Source: a virus
Virus record (IMG/VR): IMGVR_UViG_3300047548_000772
Location: 1 to 64,000 of that record
DNA: 64,000 nt
Reading direction: 5' to 3' (one strand)
Every line of letters starts with the position of its first letter. Within the stretch, counting starts at the first letter, position 1. Shown here piece after piece: positions 37,102 through 45,585 of the stretch. Both the position numbers and the translations under genes were made by a program. The notes under the pieces were generated by a model. It did not search any database, was not told the origin of the DNA, and saw only the letters and a list, made by a program, of their open reading frames with translations.

Positions 37102-39213
37102 ATGATTGATATACTATTTTGTGCAATACCTTACAGTAATTTAGACCACATCTATAGCGCACCGGCAATCCTTAAAGGGGTTGTAACTGAAAACGGATAT
37201 ACTGCTAAAACTGTGGAATTTGGGCATGAGCTTTTTAAACTATGCAACAATGACGTTGACTTGTTTACCAGCGTCCAGCAGTACTTTATTTCGAACAAAA
37301 ACGAAGATAAAGTAGTCCTAGATATCGTTGAAAACTTTTACAACAACACTATATCTTATTTTAAAAATAACCCATCTCTCTATATTGGCATCAGCGTATT
37401 TTCAGTATGGACTCACAAGACCACGTGGGAGTTGCTAACACGTATCAAACAAGAAAATATTTCTAGCAAAATAATTATCGGTGGTACCGGTGCAAACGTT
37501 GGCCCTTATAGAATGTTTAACGATTTGTTTCAATTGCGTGGACTAGAAAAAACATTAAAGTATGGTAAGTTGTTAGAAAAAAGAAACTTAGCCGACTATG
37601 TAGTTCTTGGCGACGGCGAAGATGCAATTCTTAACATACTACAAAACAACAATGGCTTTGATACCAACGTTATCGACACTCAACATCGTAGTGAGTTTTT
37701 TAGGTCACCGATTCCAGATTATAGCGACTACGACTTTAGCTTTTATCGCTTTGCCGATGGAGAAATACGTTGGCCAATTACCGGCAGCAAGGGCTGTGTA
37801 AGAGATTGCGATTTTTGCGACATTGCTAAACAATTTGGAAAGTATCGTTATCGCGGTGGAAAAGACATAGCCAATGAAATGATTGAGATCGCTAACACCA
37901 AAGGTGCGAGAAAATTTAACTTTTCAGACAGTTTGGTCAATGGCGGGCTTAAACCGTTTAAAGAATTTTTAGAAATTGTTGGTGACTACAACGATTCAAA
38001 TCCATCTAAGGCTATCACTTGGTCTGGACAATATATATGTAGACCCGACGTTCCTGATGAAATGTATGATCTAATAAAACGCAGCGGTGGTGAAGGCCTA
38101 ACCATCGGCGCTGAAAGCGGAAGCAACGCTGTACTTGCAGCAATGAACAAAAAGACCACAGTAGAGGCACTATATGCCGAGCTTGAAAAATTTAGTAAAC
38201 GCAAGATCACTTGTGTCTTACTGCTCATGGTTGGACACTGGTCGGAAACATGGGACGACTTTGTTGACCATTGCCGAATGATTGTAAACATTGCGCCTTA
38301 TGTGCGTTCAGGTTGTGTGTCAGGTGTTCGTGCAGGATTGCCAATGATCATGCACGATCAAACACCGGCGTGGGAAAACAAAGAACAAAATCAAATTATT
38401 ATCAGTGATTTCGATCCGAATAATATTTGGTACTGCGGTATCAATCCTTCTAACACGTACAAAGAACGTATTTTTAGAAAATTATTGGTAGTAGATCTTT
38501 GCAAGAAGATGCGCATACCTTTGTTGGGCGAAACTGAAGATTACCTACAATGCTCAGCAGTTATGGGATCAAACAAAGAAAAAATTGTCGAGTTTTATCA
38601 ACAGTTTGGCATAGACTTTGATGAACCAACAGAAGCAGAAAAACATTTAGCTAACTTTGATCAATTTGTCAATGAACTAACTCATAAGAATTCGCTGGAA
38701 TTAGACTTAACTGTCGTTGCCAGCGAGTGCAATGGCATGCCTAATTTACAAATTCTCAAGGATGGCAATTTGATTTATAACAAGTTGCTGAACAATGGAA
38801 CTCATATTATTAAATTACAGTTACCACAATGCGATACTAATAACCTTAGTTTCAAAATGAGCAACAAAGATGCAGCAGCCGATACCAAGGTAATCAACGG
38901 CAACGTAGTAGAAGATAAATTTATAGAAATAAAATCTTTAAAAATTGACAACTACGACTTATGCGCAGACCCAGATTTTTTCCGCGGTCAGATTGAATAC
39001 GTTGACGATCTTGCTGGTAAAGTTGATGTCAAATTTGGATTTTGGAATAACGGCACAATGTCCTTAAGCTATCCTAAAGAGTTTCAGCTTTGGTACCAGC
39101 ATCAAAGTAGTAAATATGCATCTCCAGAATCCGAGTCGGCGTATCGAGAATTCTTAAACACCGCATCAACTTCAACCAGAGAAAAGTTAGTAAAATTAGT
39201 AACATCAAAATAA
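37102..39213 (+). CDS. B12-binding-type (class B-like) radical SAM protein
   Basis: KGCVRDCDFC, FSDSLVNG, IGAESGS. Confidence 0.88.
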   Translation: MIDILFCAIPYSNLDHIYSAPAILKGVVTENGYTAKTVEFGHELFKLCNNDVDLFTSVQQYFISNKNEDKVVLDIVENFYNNTISYFKNNPSLYIGISVFSVWTHKTTWELLTRIKQENISSKIIIGGTGANVGPYRMFNDLFQLRGLEKTLKYGKLLEKRNLADYVVLGDGEDAILNILQNNNGFDTNVIDTQHRSEFFRSPIPDYSDYDFSFYRFADGEIRWPITGSKGCVRDCDFCDIAKQFGKYRYRGGKDIANEMIEIANTKGARKFNFSDSLVNGGLKPFKEFLEIVGDYNDSNPSKAITWSGQYICRPDVPDEMYDLIKRSGGEGLTIGAESGSNAVLAAMNKKTTVEALYAELEKFSKRKITCVLLLMVGHWSETWDDFVDHCRMIVNIAPYVRSGCVSGVRAGLPMIMHDQTPAWENKEQNQIIISDFDPNNIWYCGINPSNTYKERIFRKLLVVDLCKKMRIPLLGETEDYLQCSAVMGSNKEKIVEFYQQFGIDFDEPTEAEKHLANFDQFVNELTHKNSLELDLTVVASECNGMPNLQILKDGNLIYNKLLNNGTHIIKLQLPQCDTNNLSFKMSNKDAAADTKVINGNVVEDKFIEIKSLKIDNYDLCADPDFFRGQIEYVDDLAGKVDVKFGFWNNGTMSLSYPKEFQLWYQHQSSKYASPESESAYREFLNTASTSTREKLVKLVTSK

Positions 39214-39220
39214 GATTATA

Positions 39221-39310
39221 GGAAGTGTGGCAGAGTCCGGTTTATTGCAACAGTCTTGAAAACTGTCGATCAGAAATGGTCCGTGAGTTCGAATCTCACC
39301 GCTTCCGCCA
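39221..39310 (+). tRNA. tRNA-Ser(UGA)
   Basis: long variable arm, G73-CCA. Confidence 0.96.
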
Positions 39311-39522
39311 ATAAATAAGTTTATGACACAAGTTATTAACTTTCACCAAGCAAAATCACAGCGCCAACGTGAAGCTGTTGTTCGTAGTTTTTACGACATG
39401 TTTAACTACGCAATTGACTTTTTTATTCACTACTGGTTTTACCCATTGGTTGCTGCTGTAGAAACAGTACGCCGTAGACAACTAGTAGTGCTTTAACACT
39501 ATTTCGTCCCATCGACGTTGGT

Positions 39523-40848
39523 GTGATCAATAAATATCACACCATGAGTAGCTACGCACATATTGTACTAGACCGAAGTTGTTTAAACTTCCAAAGTATT
39601 AGTGCGAATCAAGTTGTAACCGATATTTGTGCAAAATATTGCAATCAAGATAATTTGGTGTTGATACTAAACATAATCTATGAGTGTGCGATTCATGAAA
39701 ACTTCTTAGACAAAGTCGCTGAGACAATCGAAAAATTAAAAAAAGCACAGCCGACATGGAAAGTTTTGTTGTTGTGTAATACTTGGCATCAATCACAGAA
39801 AAAAACTTTTCTTGCCGATGGTGTGTTGTACATAGATTTTTTTCTATACAGAATCTATAGAGAATCTATTGTTTTTCGACGCAATAGTCAACCAAGTCCT
39901 TGGAACCACAATGCATCAAAGTTTTTGTTTTTAACTGGCGTACCAACGTCGGAAAACAGAGTTAAGTTGTTGTACAAATTACAACAAGCAAATTTATTAA
40001 AAGATTGCAAATGGTCTTTGTTTGGTTTTGGACAGCACAGAGAAGAAAATATTGCTCATGTGTGCAATCAAATTCCAGAACTTAGCAGAGACGAGATTAT
40101 AAAATTTGTCGACGAGCATGAGCAAACACTCGATGATATAACAATACCTGCTATTGATGATTTAGCAGAACCCACGTACAATGGCATTATGTACGATGTG
40201 AACTTTTATGCTCAAACAAAGTTTTCAATAGTGCCAGAAACACTTTACTCAAATCCATGGAACAGTCAAACTATCGCTGATAATCCATGGCTTACTGAAA
40301 AAACGTGGAGAACAATCCTTAACAATCATCCTTTTATAATGGCGTCGACTCCAAACACATTAAAAAAGCTCAACTCAATGTCTTTTCAAACATACGAGCA
40401 CACGTTGCCGTTTCCTGATTACGACAGCACACAAGACAAAGAAGATCGACTTGCTAAGATTGTTGCAAATGCTGAATACTGGACACATAACATTGTATCT
40501 CATACTAACGATATCAACAACATGGTCAAATACAATGCTGACTTGGTTCGTACAATGTATTTTCAAAATTTAGATAAAATTAACAATTTTATCAAGCAAC
40601 ATAACTTATCAATGTCATGTGACGATCTTGTTAACACTGGGTCGGATCACCAACGTTTTTATACCGGCGATCAAATACGCCAATTTGAAGCTGACAATCA
40701 TTTTAAAAACTTTTATAATGACATACGCGATCCATCGTGGCCCGAGTGTGCCAAGGAATCGGATTTCTTTTTATTGCCAAAGCACGTTCAGCAAGAGTGC
40801 ACCGACACATTTGGTTATAAACCAAACACAAATGTAATTATGCCCTAG
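39523..40848 (+). CDS. hypothetical protein, possibly polysaccharide-related
   Basis: FSIVPET...LTEKTWRTILNNHPF; stop lies inside next tRNA. Confidence 0.7.
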   Translation: MINKYHTMSSYAHIVLDRSCLNFQSISANQVVTDICAKYCNQDNLVLILNIIYECAIHENFLDKVAETIEKLKKAQPTWKVLLLCNTWHQSQKKTFLADGVLYIDFFLYRIYRESIVFRRNSQPSPWNHNASKFLFLTGVPTSENRVKLLYKLQQANLLKDCKWSLFGFGQHREENIAHVCNQIPELSRDEIIKFVDEHEQTLDDITIPAIDDLAEPTYNGIMYDVNFYAQTKFSIVPETLYSNPWNSQTIADNPWLTEKTWRTILNNHPFIMASTPNTLKKLNSMSFQTYEHTLPFPDYDSTQDKEDRLAKIVANAEYWTHNIVSHTNDINNMVKYNADLVRTMYFQNLDKINNFIKQHNLSMSCDDLVNTGSDHQRFYTGDQIRQFEADNHFKNFYNDIRDPSWPECAKESDFFLLPKHVQQECTDTFGYKPNTNVIMP

Positions 40849-40921
40849 TGGCGGAACTGTGGAAGACGCATCTGCTTAAGAGGCAGACACATTGCGGGTT
40901 CGAATCCCGCCTAGGGTACCA
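40842..40921 (+). tRNA. tRNA-Leu(AAG), short variable loop
   Basis: TCTGC-TT-AAG-AG-GCAGA, A73-CCA. Confidence 0.75.
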
Positions 40922-40922
40922 T

Positions 40923-40996
40923 GCTCCTATAGTATAATGGCATTACACTACATTGGTAATGTAGCAACCCTGGATCGTAACCAGGTGGGAGCACCA
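40923..40996 (+). tRNA. tRNA-Thr(GGU)
   Basis: cloverleaf; atypical T-loop ATCGTAA. Confidence 0.85.
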
Positions 40997-40997
40997 A

Positions 40998-41236
40998 TTA
41001 CTTTTTGCTAAATTGTCGGCTAATAGTGTTACGACGATGTTTTAAGTAACTGTCAGTTGAGTTAACTCGACCGTCGTTATTGATATCCGAGTCTTCATGT
41101 CCAACTGGGTCTAAGTTTTCACCAACTTTGCCCCAACCAGATTTAGCACGAATAGCAAACGCAAGTTCACGCATACGCCTGACATCATGTGGTTTTCAAG
41201 CAAGATATTTTTAAATTTTCTAATTGGATCGTTCAT
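40998..41236 (-). pseudogene. frameshifted small protein with EF-hand-like DxNNDG repeat
   Basis: AAGGAG+ATG frame differs by 1 nt from the frame encoding [28 protein letters not shown]. Confidence 0.5.
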
Positions 41237-41302
41237 CTGTTACTCCTTTAAAAGTACTTAACGGTTGACAAGAAATACAGTACTGTACTAAAGTTATATG
41301 AT

Positions 41303-41380
41303 GCGCCCGTAGCTCAGTCGGATTAGAGTATCACGCTACGAACGTGAGGGTCGGAGGTTCAAGTCCTTCCGGGTGCGCCA
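41303..41380 (+). tRNA. tRNA-Arg(ACG)
   Basis: cloverleaf, CCA. Confidence 0.96.
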
Positions 41381-41389
41381 AAATAGAGG

Positions 41390-41450
41390 TTGACCACTAA
41401 TTAAATTGTTGCTATAATAGTGGCTTAATAAGTAGTACTGTTCATTAACA
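41390..41450 (+). promoter_or_regulatory. sigma70 promoter plus boxA-like element
   Basis: TTGACC-N17-TATAAT; TGTTCATTAACA at 41439. Confidence 0.78.
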
Positions 41451-41462
41451 ATTTAGAACAAT

Positions 41463-41547
41463 GCCCCGGTGGCGAAATTGGTAGACGCACCAGATTTAGG
41501 TTCTGGCGCAGAAATGTGTGTCGGTTCGAGTCCGACCTGGGGCACCA
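41463..41547 (+). tRNA. tRNA-Leu(UAG)
   Basis: cloverleaf, variable arm. Confidence 0.96.
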
Positions 41548-41805
41548 TATTGAAATACGTTTCGAGTCCATGTCTCCTCCGCCTAGGTAAGGAGGGTTAG
41601 CGTATTTCAATATGGTTGTAAACGCAGTTGGTACTAACCAAAGTTGCCTGTTGGCGCAAGCAGGTGGGATTCCTGCAACTGCTAGAACTTTATAACCATA
41701 TGACGTTGGAAAGACAACTATGGCTCATGATTAAATCTGTGAACGATATTGGGGTTGGGCCGTTCCCAATATGCCGGATGTTTACACGTAACCGGCACGA
41801 ATTAT

Positions 41806-41890
41806 GCGAGTGTGGTGAAATAGGTAAACACAGCAGACTTAAAATCTGCCGGCGAAGGCCTTGGCGGTTCGATTCCGCCCACTCGCACCA
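41806..41890 (+). tRNA. tRNA-Leu(UAA)
   Basis: cloverleaf, variable arm. Confidence 0.96.
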
Positions 41891-41910
41891 AATTTTGTAT
41901 TGGATTTAAA

Positions 41911-42594
41911 ATGTCTACAACCGTACAGACTAAAATATTGCACAATGTCTACAGCGAAGATACGCTAAACTATCTCAGATCAGAAGTGGATAAGCGTGGC
42001 GTCGAAACAAAAAGTTTTCACGAATGGGAAGGACCAAAGTTAGGTCAACTACTAAGTGTTCGTTATAGACTTGCTTTAGATGAGCATCAAGATCTAAGAA
42101 ACATGGTGCTGTCACCATTGCCCGGCGATATCTCAACTGATCTTATTACGCATAGCTTTTCTCATTTGCGTTCATTTTCGCCATATGAAATTCATTCTGA
42201 TTGTGGATGGATTGAATGCAACGATGACGAAAGCCCATTTTACGCATTTGTTATTCCTTTGGAAACATGTGTGGCAAAAACAATTCTACTAAACCAAATG
42301 CACGAAGGTTTACACTTTGTAGATTATAAAAAGTCATACGGTCCATTACCAAAAGATCAACAAATCTCAGACGAGGACTTTCAAAAGTATTTTAGTCATT
42401 GTTGGCCGCACGAACAAGAGTATATTTCTATTCAAAATGTGTTTGACTGGACTGCTGGTTCAGTCCTTATGTTTGATACTAGATTTTTACACGCTAGCGA
42501 CAATTACATTTTAAATGGACTGCAAGAAAAAAACGCTTTTATTTTGTTCAGCAAAGTAAAAACTAAAAATTTATCAAAGTACTACCAATATTAG
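41911..42594 (+). CDS. hypothetical protein, possible 2OG-Fe(II) dioxygenase fold
   Basis: IHSD ... FLHAS. Confidence 0.55.
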   Translation: MSTTVQTKILHNVYSEDTLNYLRSEVDKRGVETKSFHEWEGPKLGQLLSVRYRLALDEHQDLRNMVLSPLPGDISTDLITHSFSHLRSFSPYEIHSDCGWIECNDDESPFYAFVIPLETCVAKTILLNQMHEGLHFVDYKKSYGPLPKDQQISDEDFQKYFSHCWPHEQEYISIQNVFDWTAGSVLMFDTRFLHASDNYILNGLQEKNAFILFSKVKTKNLSKYYQY

Positions 42595-42603
42595 GAGATC
42601 ACC

Positions 42604-42801
42604 ATGGCATTAAAAATTCCTGTTCGAACAGACAGACTCGACGTTGAAAAGTGCGCAGTTAACGCCGGCGGACGATTTAATTTGGTATTACTTGCTGCGC
42701 ATCGCGCAAGACAAATTGCTCGTAACAATCGCGGCAGCGACAAGTTTGAACACATACATCCAGCGGTAACTGCATTGCTGGAGATCCAAGAAGGTAAGTA
42801 A
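42604..42801 (+). CDS. rpoZ: RNA polymerase omega subunit-like
   Basis: RFNLVLLAAHRARQI...VTALLEIQEGK. Confidence 0.85.
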   Translation: MALKIPVRTDRLDVEKCAVNAGGRFNLVLLAAHRARQIARNNRGSDKFEHIHPAVTALLEIQEGK

Positions 42802-42808
42802 GTTTTAA

Positions 42809-42847
42809 CGGAGTATAGCACAGTCTGGTAGTGCACCTGGTTTGGGA
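42809..42847 (+). pseudogene. 5' half of disrupted tRNA-Pro(UGG)
   Basis: CGGAGTA acceptor strand, D arm, ends at TT-TGG-GA. Confidence 0.85.
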
Positions 42848-42883
42848 AATTCTCGTTTTTAACACGCTAGCATAAATAATAGT

Positions 42884-43369
42884 ATGAAAAACAGAGTTAC
42901 ACGACCCGGACTTGTTGCAATGAATCGCAAGATTGCTTGCCAGTATTGCAGTAAGGAAACTACCTTAGGAAACATTAAAAAACATGAAGATTCGTGTTAC
43001 CTGAATCCTAAGAATATAGTAAGTTGTAAAAATTGTGGTAGCCCAATTAAAAACTATAAGTCATCAAAAGGCACTTGTAGTCGCAGTTGTGCTAACACCC
43101 ATTTTAAAAGCGGCGAGAATAATGGAAATTGGAAAGGCACACAATACCAAACACTTTGCTTCTCGCAGCACAAGAAAGAGTGCATAATTTGCGGCGAGGA
43201 TAAAATAGTTGCGGTCCATCATTTAAATGAAGACCACAACGATAACAGAATTGAAAATTTAGTTCCGTTATGTCCTACGCATCATCAATATATGCACAGC
43301 AGATATAAATCAGAAATTCAACACAAAGTTGATGAGTATGTTAAGCAGTTTATTCTCAGTGTCGCTTAG
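42884..43369 (+). CDS. HNH homing endonuclease
   Basis: CIICG...VHHLNEDHNDNRIENLVPLCPTHH; ATAAATA at 42872. Confidence 0.92.
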   Translation: MKNRVTRPGLVAMNRKIACQYCSKETTLGNIKKHEDSCYLNPKNIVSCKNCGSPIKNYKSSKGTCSRSCANTHFKSGENNGNWKGTQYQTLCFSQHKKECIICGEDKIVAVHHLNEDHNDNRIENLVPLCPTHHQYMHSRYKSEIQHKVDEYVKQFILSVA

Positions 43370-43435
43370 CCTGGCCGATAGCACCTGCTTTGGGAGCAGG
43401 AATCACCGTAGGTTCGAATCCTACCACTGAGACCA
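43355..43435 (+). tRNA. tRNA-Pro(UGG)
   Basis: CTCAGTG/CACTGAG, CCTGC-TT-TGG-GA-GCAGG, CCA. Confidence 0.92.
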
Positions 43436-43448
43436 ATTTGGAGCATAA

Positions 43449-43473
43449 GGTTCGAATCCTACTACTCCGACCA
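43449..43473 (+). pseudogene. 3' remnant of disrupted tRNA-Pro
   Basis: T-loop plus TACTCCG-A-CCA complementary to 42809-42815. Confidence 0.85.
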
Positions 43474-43485
43474 AGTTTAATTGTT

Positions 43486-44187
43486 ATGAACTATCATTAT
43501 AATCATGTTGTTATATTTTTTCTCCCCGGAGCAGCAGGGAACTTCATAGGTCGTTGTTTAAATTTACTAAACAACGTAAACTGTTTCGTCGACAGTAAGT
43601 TGTTAACTTTTCCAAAAACCATAGAAGAAAAGTTAGAACTTCTGTCCTATCGAGAAGTTGTAAATAGAACTTCCACAGAATCAAATTGGATCGATTTTGA
43701 ACGTAAGATTGGTTTATTTTATAATGTTAGCCAATGGCACGAGCAAATTAGTCATGGCCAATATGTAGTGCAACTTCGTCATCCTGACAGCAACAATCAC
43801 CATAACAACGTTCGTTCCAAAAATGACAGAAATTTTCTAGTTTACATTGATCCTACTGAGGTTTATGAGTGGCACTTTTTAAACTGTTTATATAAAAATA
43901 GTTTTCCAAATGTAAACTATTTTATCGGATCCAAAGAAATTATTCAGGACCCGGATGTGTTTCAACTTAAACTCAAAGGTATAATCACTAACATCGAAAC
44001 ATTTTGGTACGAATTTATTAGACTTTGCAATCACATTGAGTGCAAAGTTAGCCCAGAAGAAGAACAAGCAATTAGAACTTTATACAATCAATGGATCACA
44101 ACAACACTACCCGAAAATAAGTTCGAAGAATTTAAGAATCAAATCGGGTTAAATATACAATTCCCCAGTAGCTCAGCGGTAGAGTAG
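43486..44187 (+). CDS. hypothetical protein
   Basis: FFLPGAAGNFIGRCL; stop inside tRNA-Asn. Confidence 0.7.
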   Translation: MNYHYNHVVIFFLPGAAGNFIGRCLNLLNNVNCFVDSKLLTFPKTIEEKLELLSYREVVNRTSTESNWIDFERKIGLFYNVSQWHEQISHGQYVVQLRHPDSNNHHNNVRSKNDRNFLVYIDPTEVYEWHFLNCLYKNSFPNVNYFIGSKEIIQDPDVFQLKLKGIITNIETFWYEFIRLCNHIECKVSPEEEQAIRTLYNQWITTTLPENKFEEFKNQIGLNIQFPSSSAVE

Positions 44188-44236
44188 ATGACTGTTAATC
44201 ATTTGGTCCGTGGTTCGATCCCACGCTGGGGAGCCA
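44162..44236 (+). tRNA. tRNA-Asn(GUU)
   Basis: cloverleaf, G73-CCA. Confidence 0.96.
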
Positions 44237-44256
44237 AACATAAATAGTAGTTCAAT

Positions 44257-44332
44257 GGGGGTATAGCTCAGCTGGGAGAGCAGTAGCTTTGCAAGCTAAA
44301 GGTCATCGGTTCGATCCCGTTTACCTCCACCA
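44257..44332 (+). tRNA. tRNA-Ala(UGC)
   Basis: G3-U70, CCA. Confidence 0.96.
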
Positions 44333-44340
44333 AGTTTTTC

Positions 44341-44416
44341 GCTGCCTTAGCTCAGTTGGTAGAGCAACTGATTTGTAATCAGTAGGTCGTCAGTTCGAAT
44401 CCGACAGGCAGCGCCA
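44341..44416 (+). tRNA. tRNA-Thr(UGU) copy 1
   Basis: cloverleaf, CCA. Confidence 0.93.
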
Positions 44417-44422
44417 CAATTA

Positions 44423-44498
44423 GGGTCTTTAGCTCAGTTGGTAGAGCATCTGCCTTACAAGCAGAATGTCATCAGTTCGAACCTGGTAGGACCCACCA
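44423..44498 (+). tRNA. tRNA-Val(UAC)
   Basis: cloverleaf, CCA. Confidence 0.96.
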
Positions 44499-44572
44499 AG
44501 GTACTCCTTATTCGCGTCTTGCACAATAGCGGGTAAGGGAAAGGCGATGTGCAAGTCGCCTGAGAGTTTTAT

Positions 44573-44648
44573 GCGGCAGTAGCTCAGTTGGTAGAGCGAT
44601 ACCTTGCCAAGGTATAGGTCGAGAGTTCGAGACTCTTCTGCCGCTCCA
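44573..44648 (+). tRNA. tRNA-Gly(GCC)
   Basis: cloverleaf, U73-CCA. Confidence 0.96.
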
Positions 44649-44719
44649 GTAATATGTCCCAGTCCTCTGTAGTTTAAACCTCTTTGAATGTTTAGACGCA
44701 CGGCTGGGATCTCTTTTAA

Positions 44720-44795
44720 GGTTAGGTAGCTCAGTAGGTAGAGCAGCGGATTGAAAATCCGCGTGTCGACAGTTCGATTCTGTCCCTGACCACCA
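44720..44795 (+). tRNA. tRNA-Phe(GAA)
   Basis: cloverleaf, CCA. Confidence 0.96.
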
Positions 44796-44796
44796 A

Positions 44797-45585
44797 TTAA
44801 ACATAATTGTGTTTTTTTAAAAATTCATATAGTTTATAATGAGATAATTTGTTAGGATGGTTGCCGTCAGGCCAAAAATATATACCGCTAGCATGCACAA
44901 AGTCGTTTCTTTCGAAACCGCGCTCTATATTTTTTAATAATTGTTCCATTCCACTGATCGGCAATGTCTGCTTTAATTTTTCAATTAATCCTTCGATCTG
45001 AGACGTGTACCAACTATAAAGTGGGCGTTCGATATTAGGATTACCAGTGGTAACAAGCTGCAATAAACTTTGACAAGCAATGTTTACGCCCGGGTATTTA
45101 AAGTTTGTTGGATCTACAGTATCCGACACTCCCCCAATGATGTACACAGGAGAACGTATTTGTAATGCTATACGAGACAGCTCTCTATAAAAATGATCCA
45201 GCCAGCGGTTAATTAACTCATCTTCTGAATCAAGGTTGTAAAAATCTTCGTTGGTGCTATGTTTGTAATCTCGATTATATTCAGTCTGAAAAACAAATAT
45301 TTTGCTAGGCCTAATACCGGGATTGTGCGCTATCCAGCAGTTGATCTTAGCAATAATATCTTTGTTTGATGAGCCAAGAATTGATATATTGGCTGTTTCG
45401 TAACCGTCTTCATTTAAAAACTGAGCTAGGCCACCGTGAATTAGCACACCTCGGTCAAGTTCTTCTTTTACATAAGAAAATGAATCGAGTTTATCTCGAG
45501 AAGCAGAGTAAGGAAAAGGACGTTTTTCATGTTCTTCCCAAACACCGCAACCCCAACTACATCCTGCTATTAAAATCATAAACAT
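44797..45585 (-). CDS. SGNH-like hypothetical protein
   Basis: ILIAGCSWG, C-terminal NHPNKLSH. Confidence 0.65.
   Translation of the reverse strand: MFMILIAGCSWGCGVWEEHEKRPFPYSASRDKLDSFSYVKEELDRGVLIHGGLAQFLNEDGYETANISILGSSNKDIIAKINCWIAHNPGIRPSKIFVFQTEYNRDYKHSTNEDFYNLDSEDELINRWLDHFYRELSRIALQIRSPVYIIGGVSDTVDPTNFKYPGVNIACQSLLQLVTTGNPNIERPLYSWYTSQIEGLIEKLKQTLPISGMEQLLKNIERGFERNDFVHASGIYFWPDGNHPNKLSHYKLYEFLKKHNYV

Noticed and set aside
42809-43473. Self-splicing intron in tRNA-Pro
   Set aside because: Rejoining the halves does not restore the 3' anticodon stem strand, and no group I core motifs are visible.
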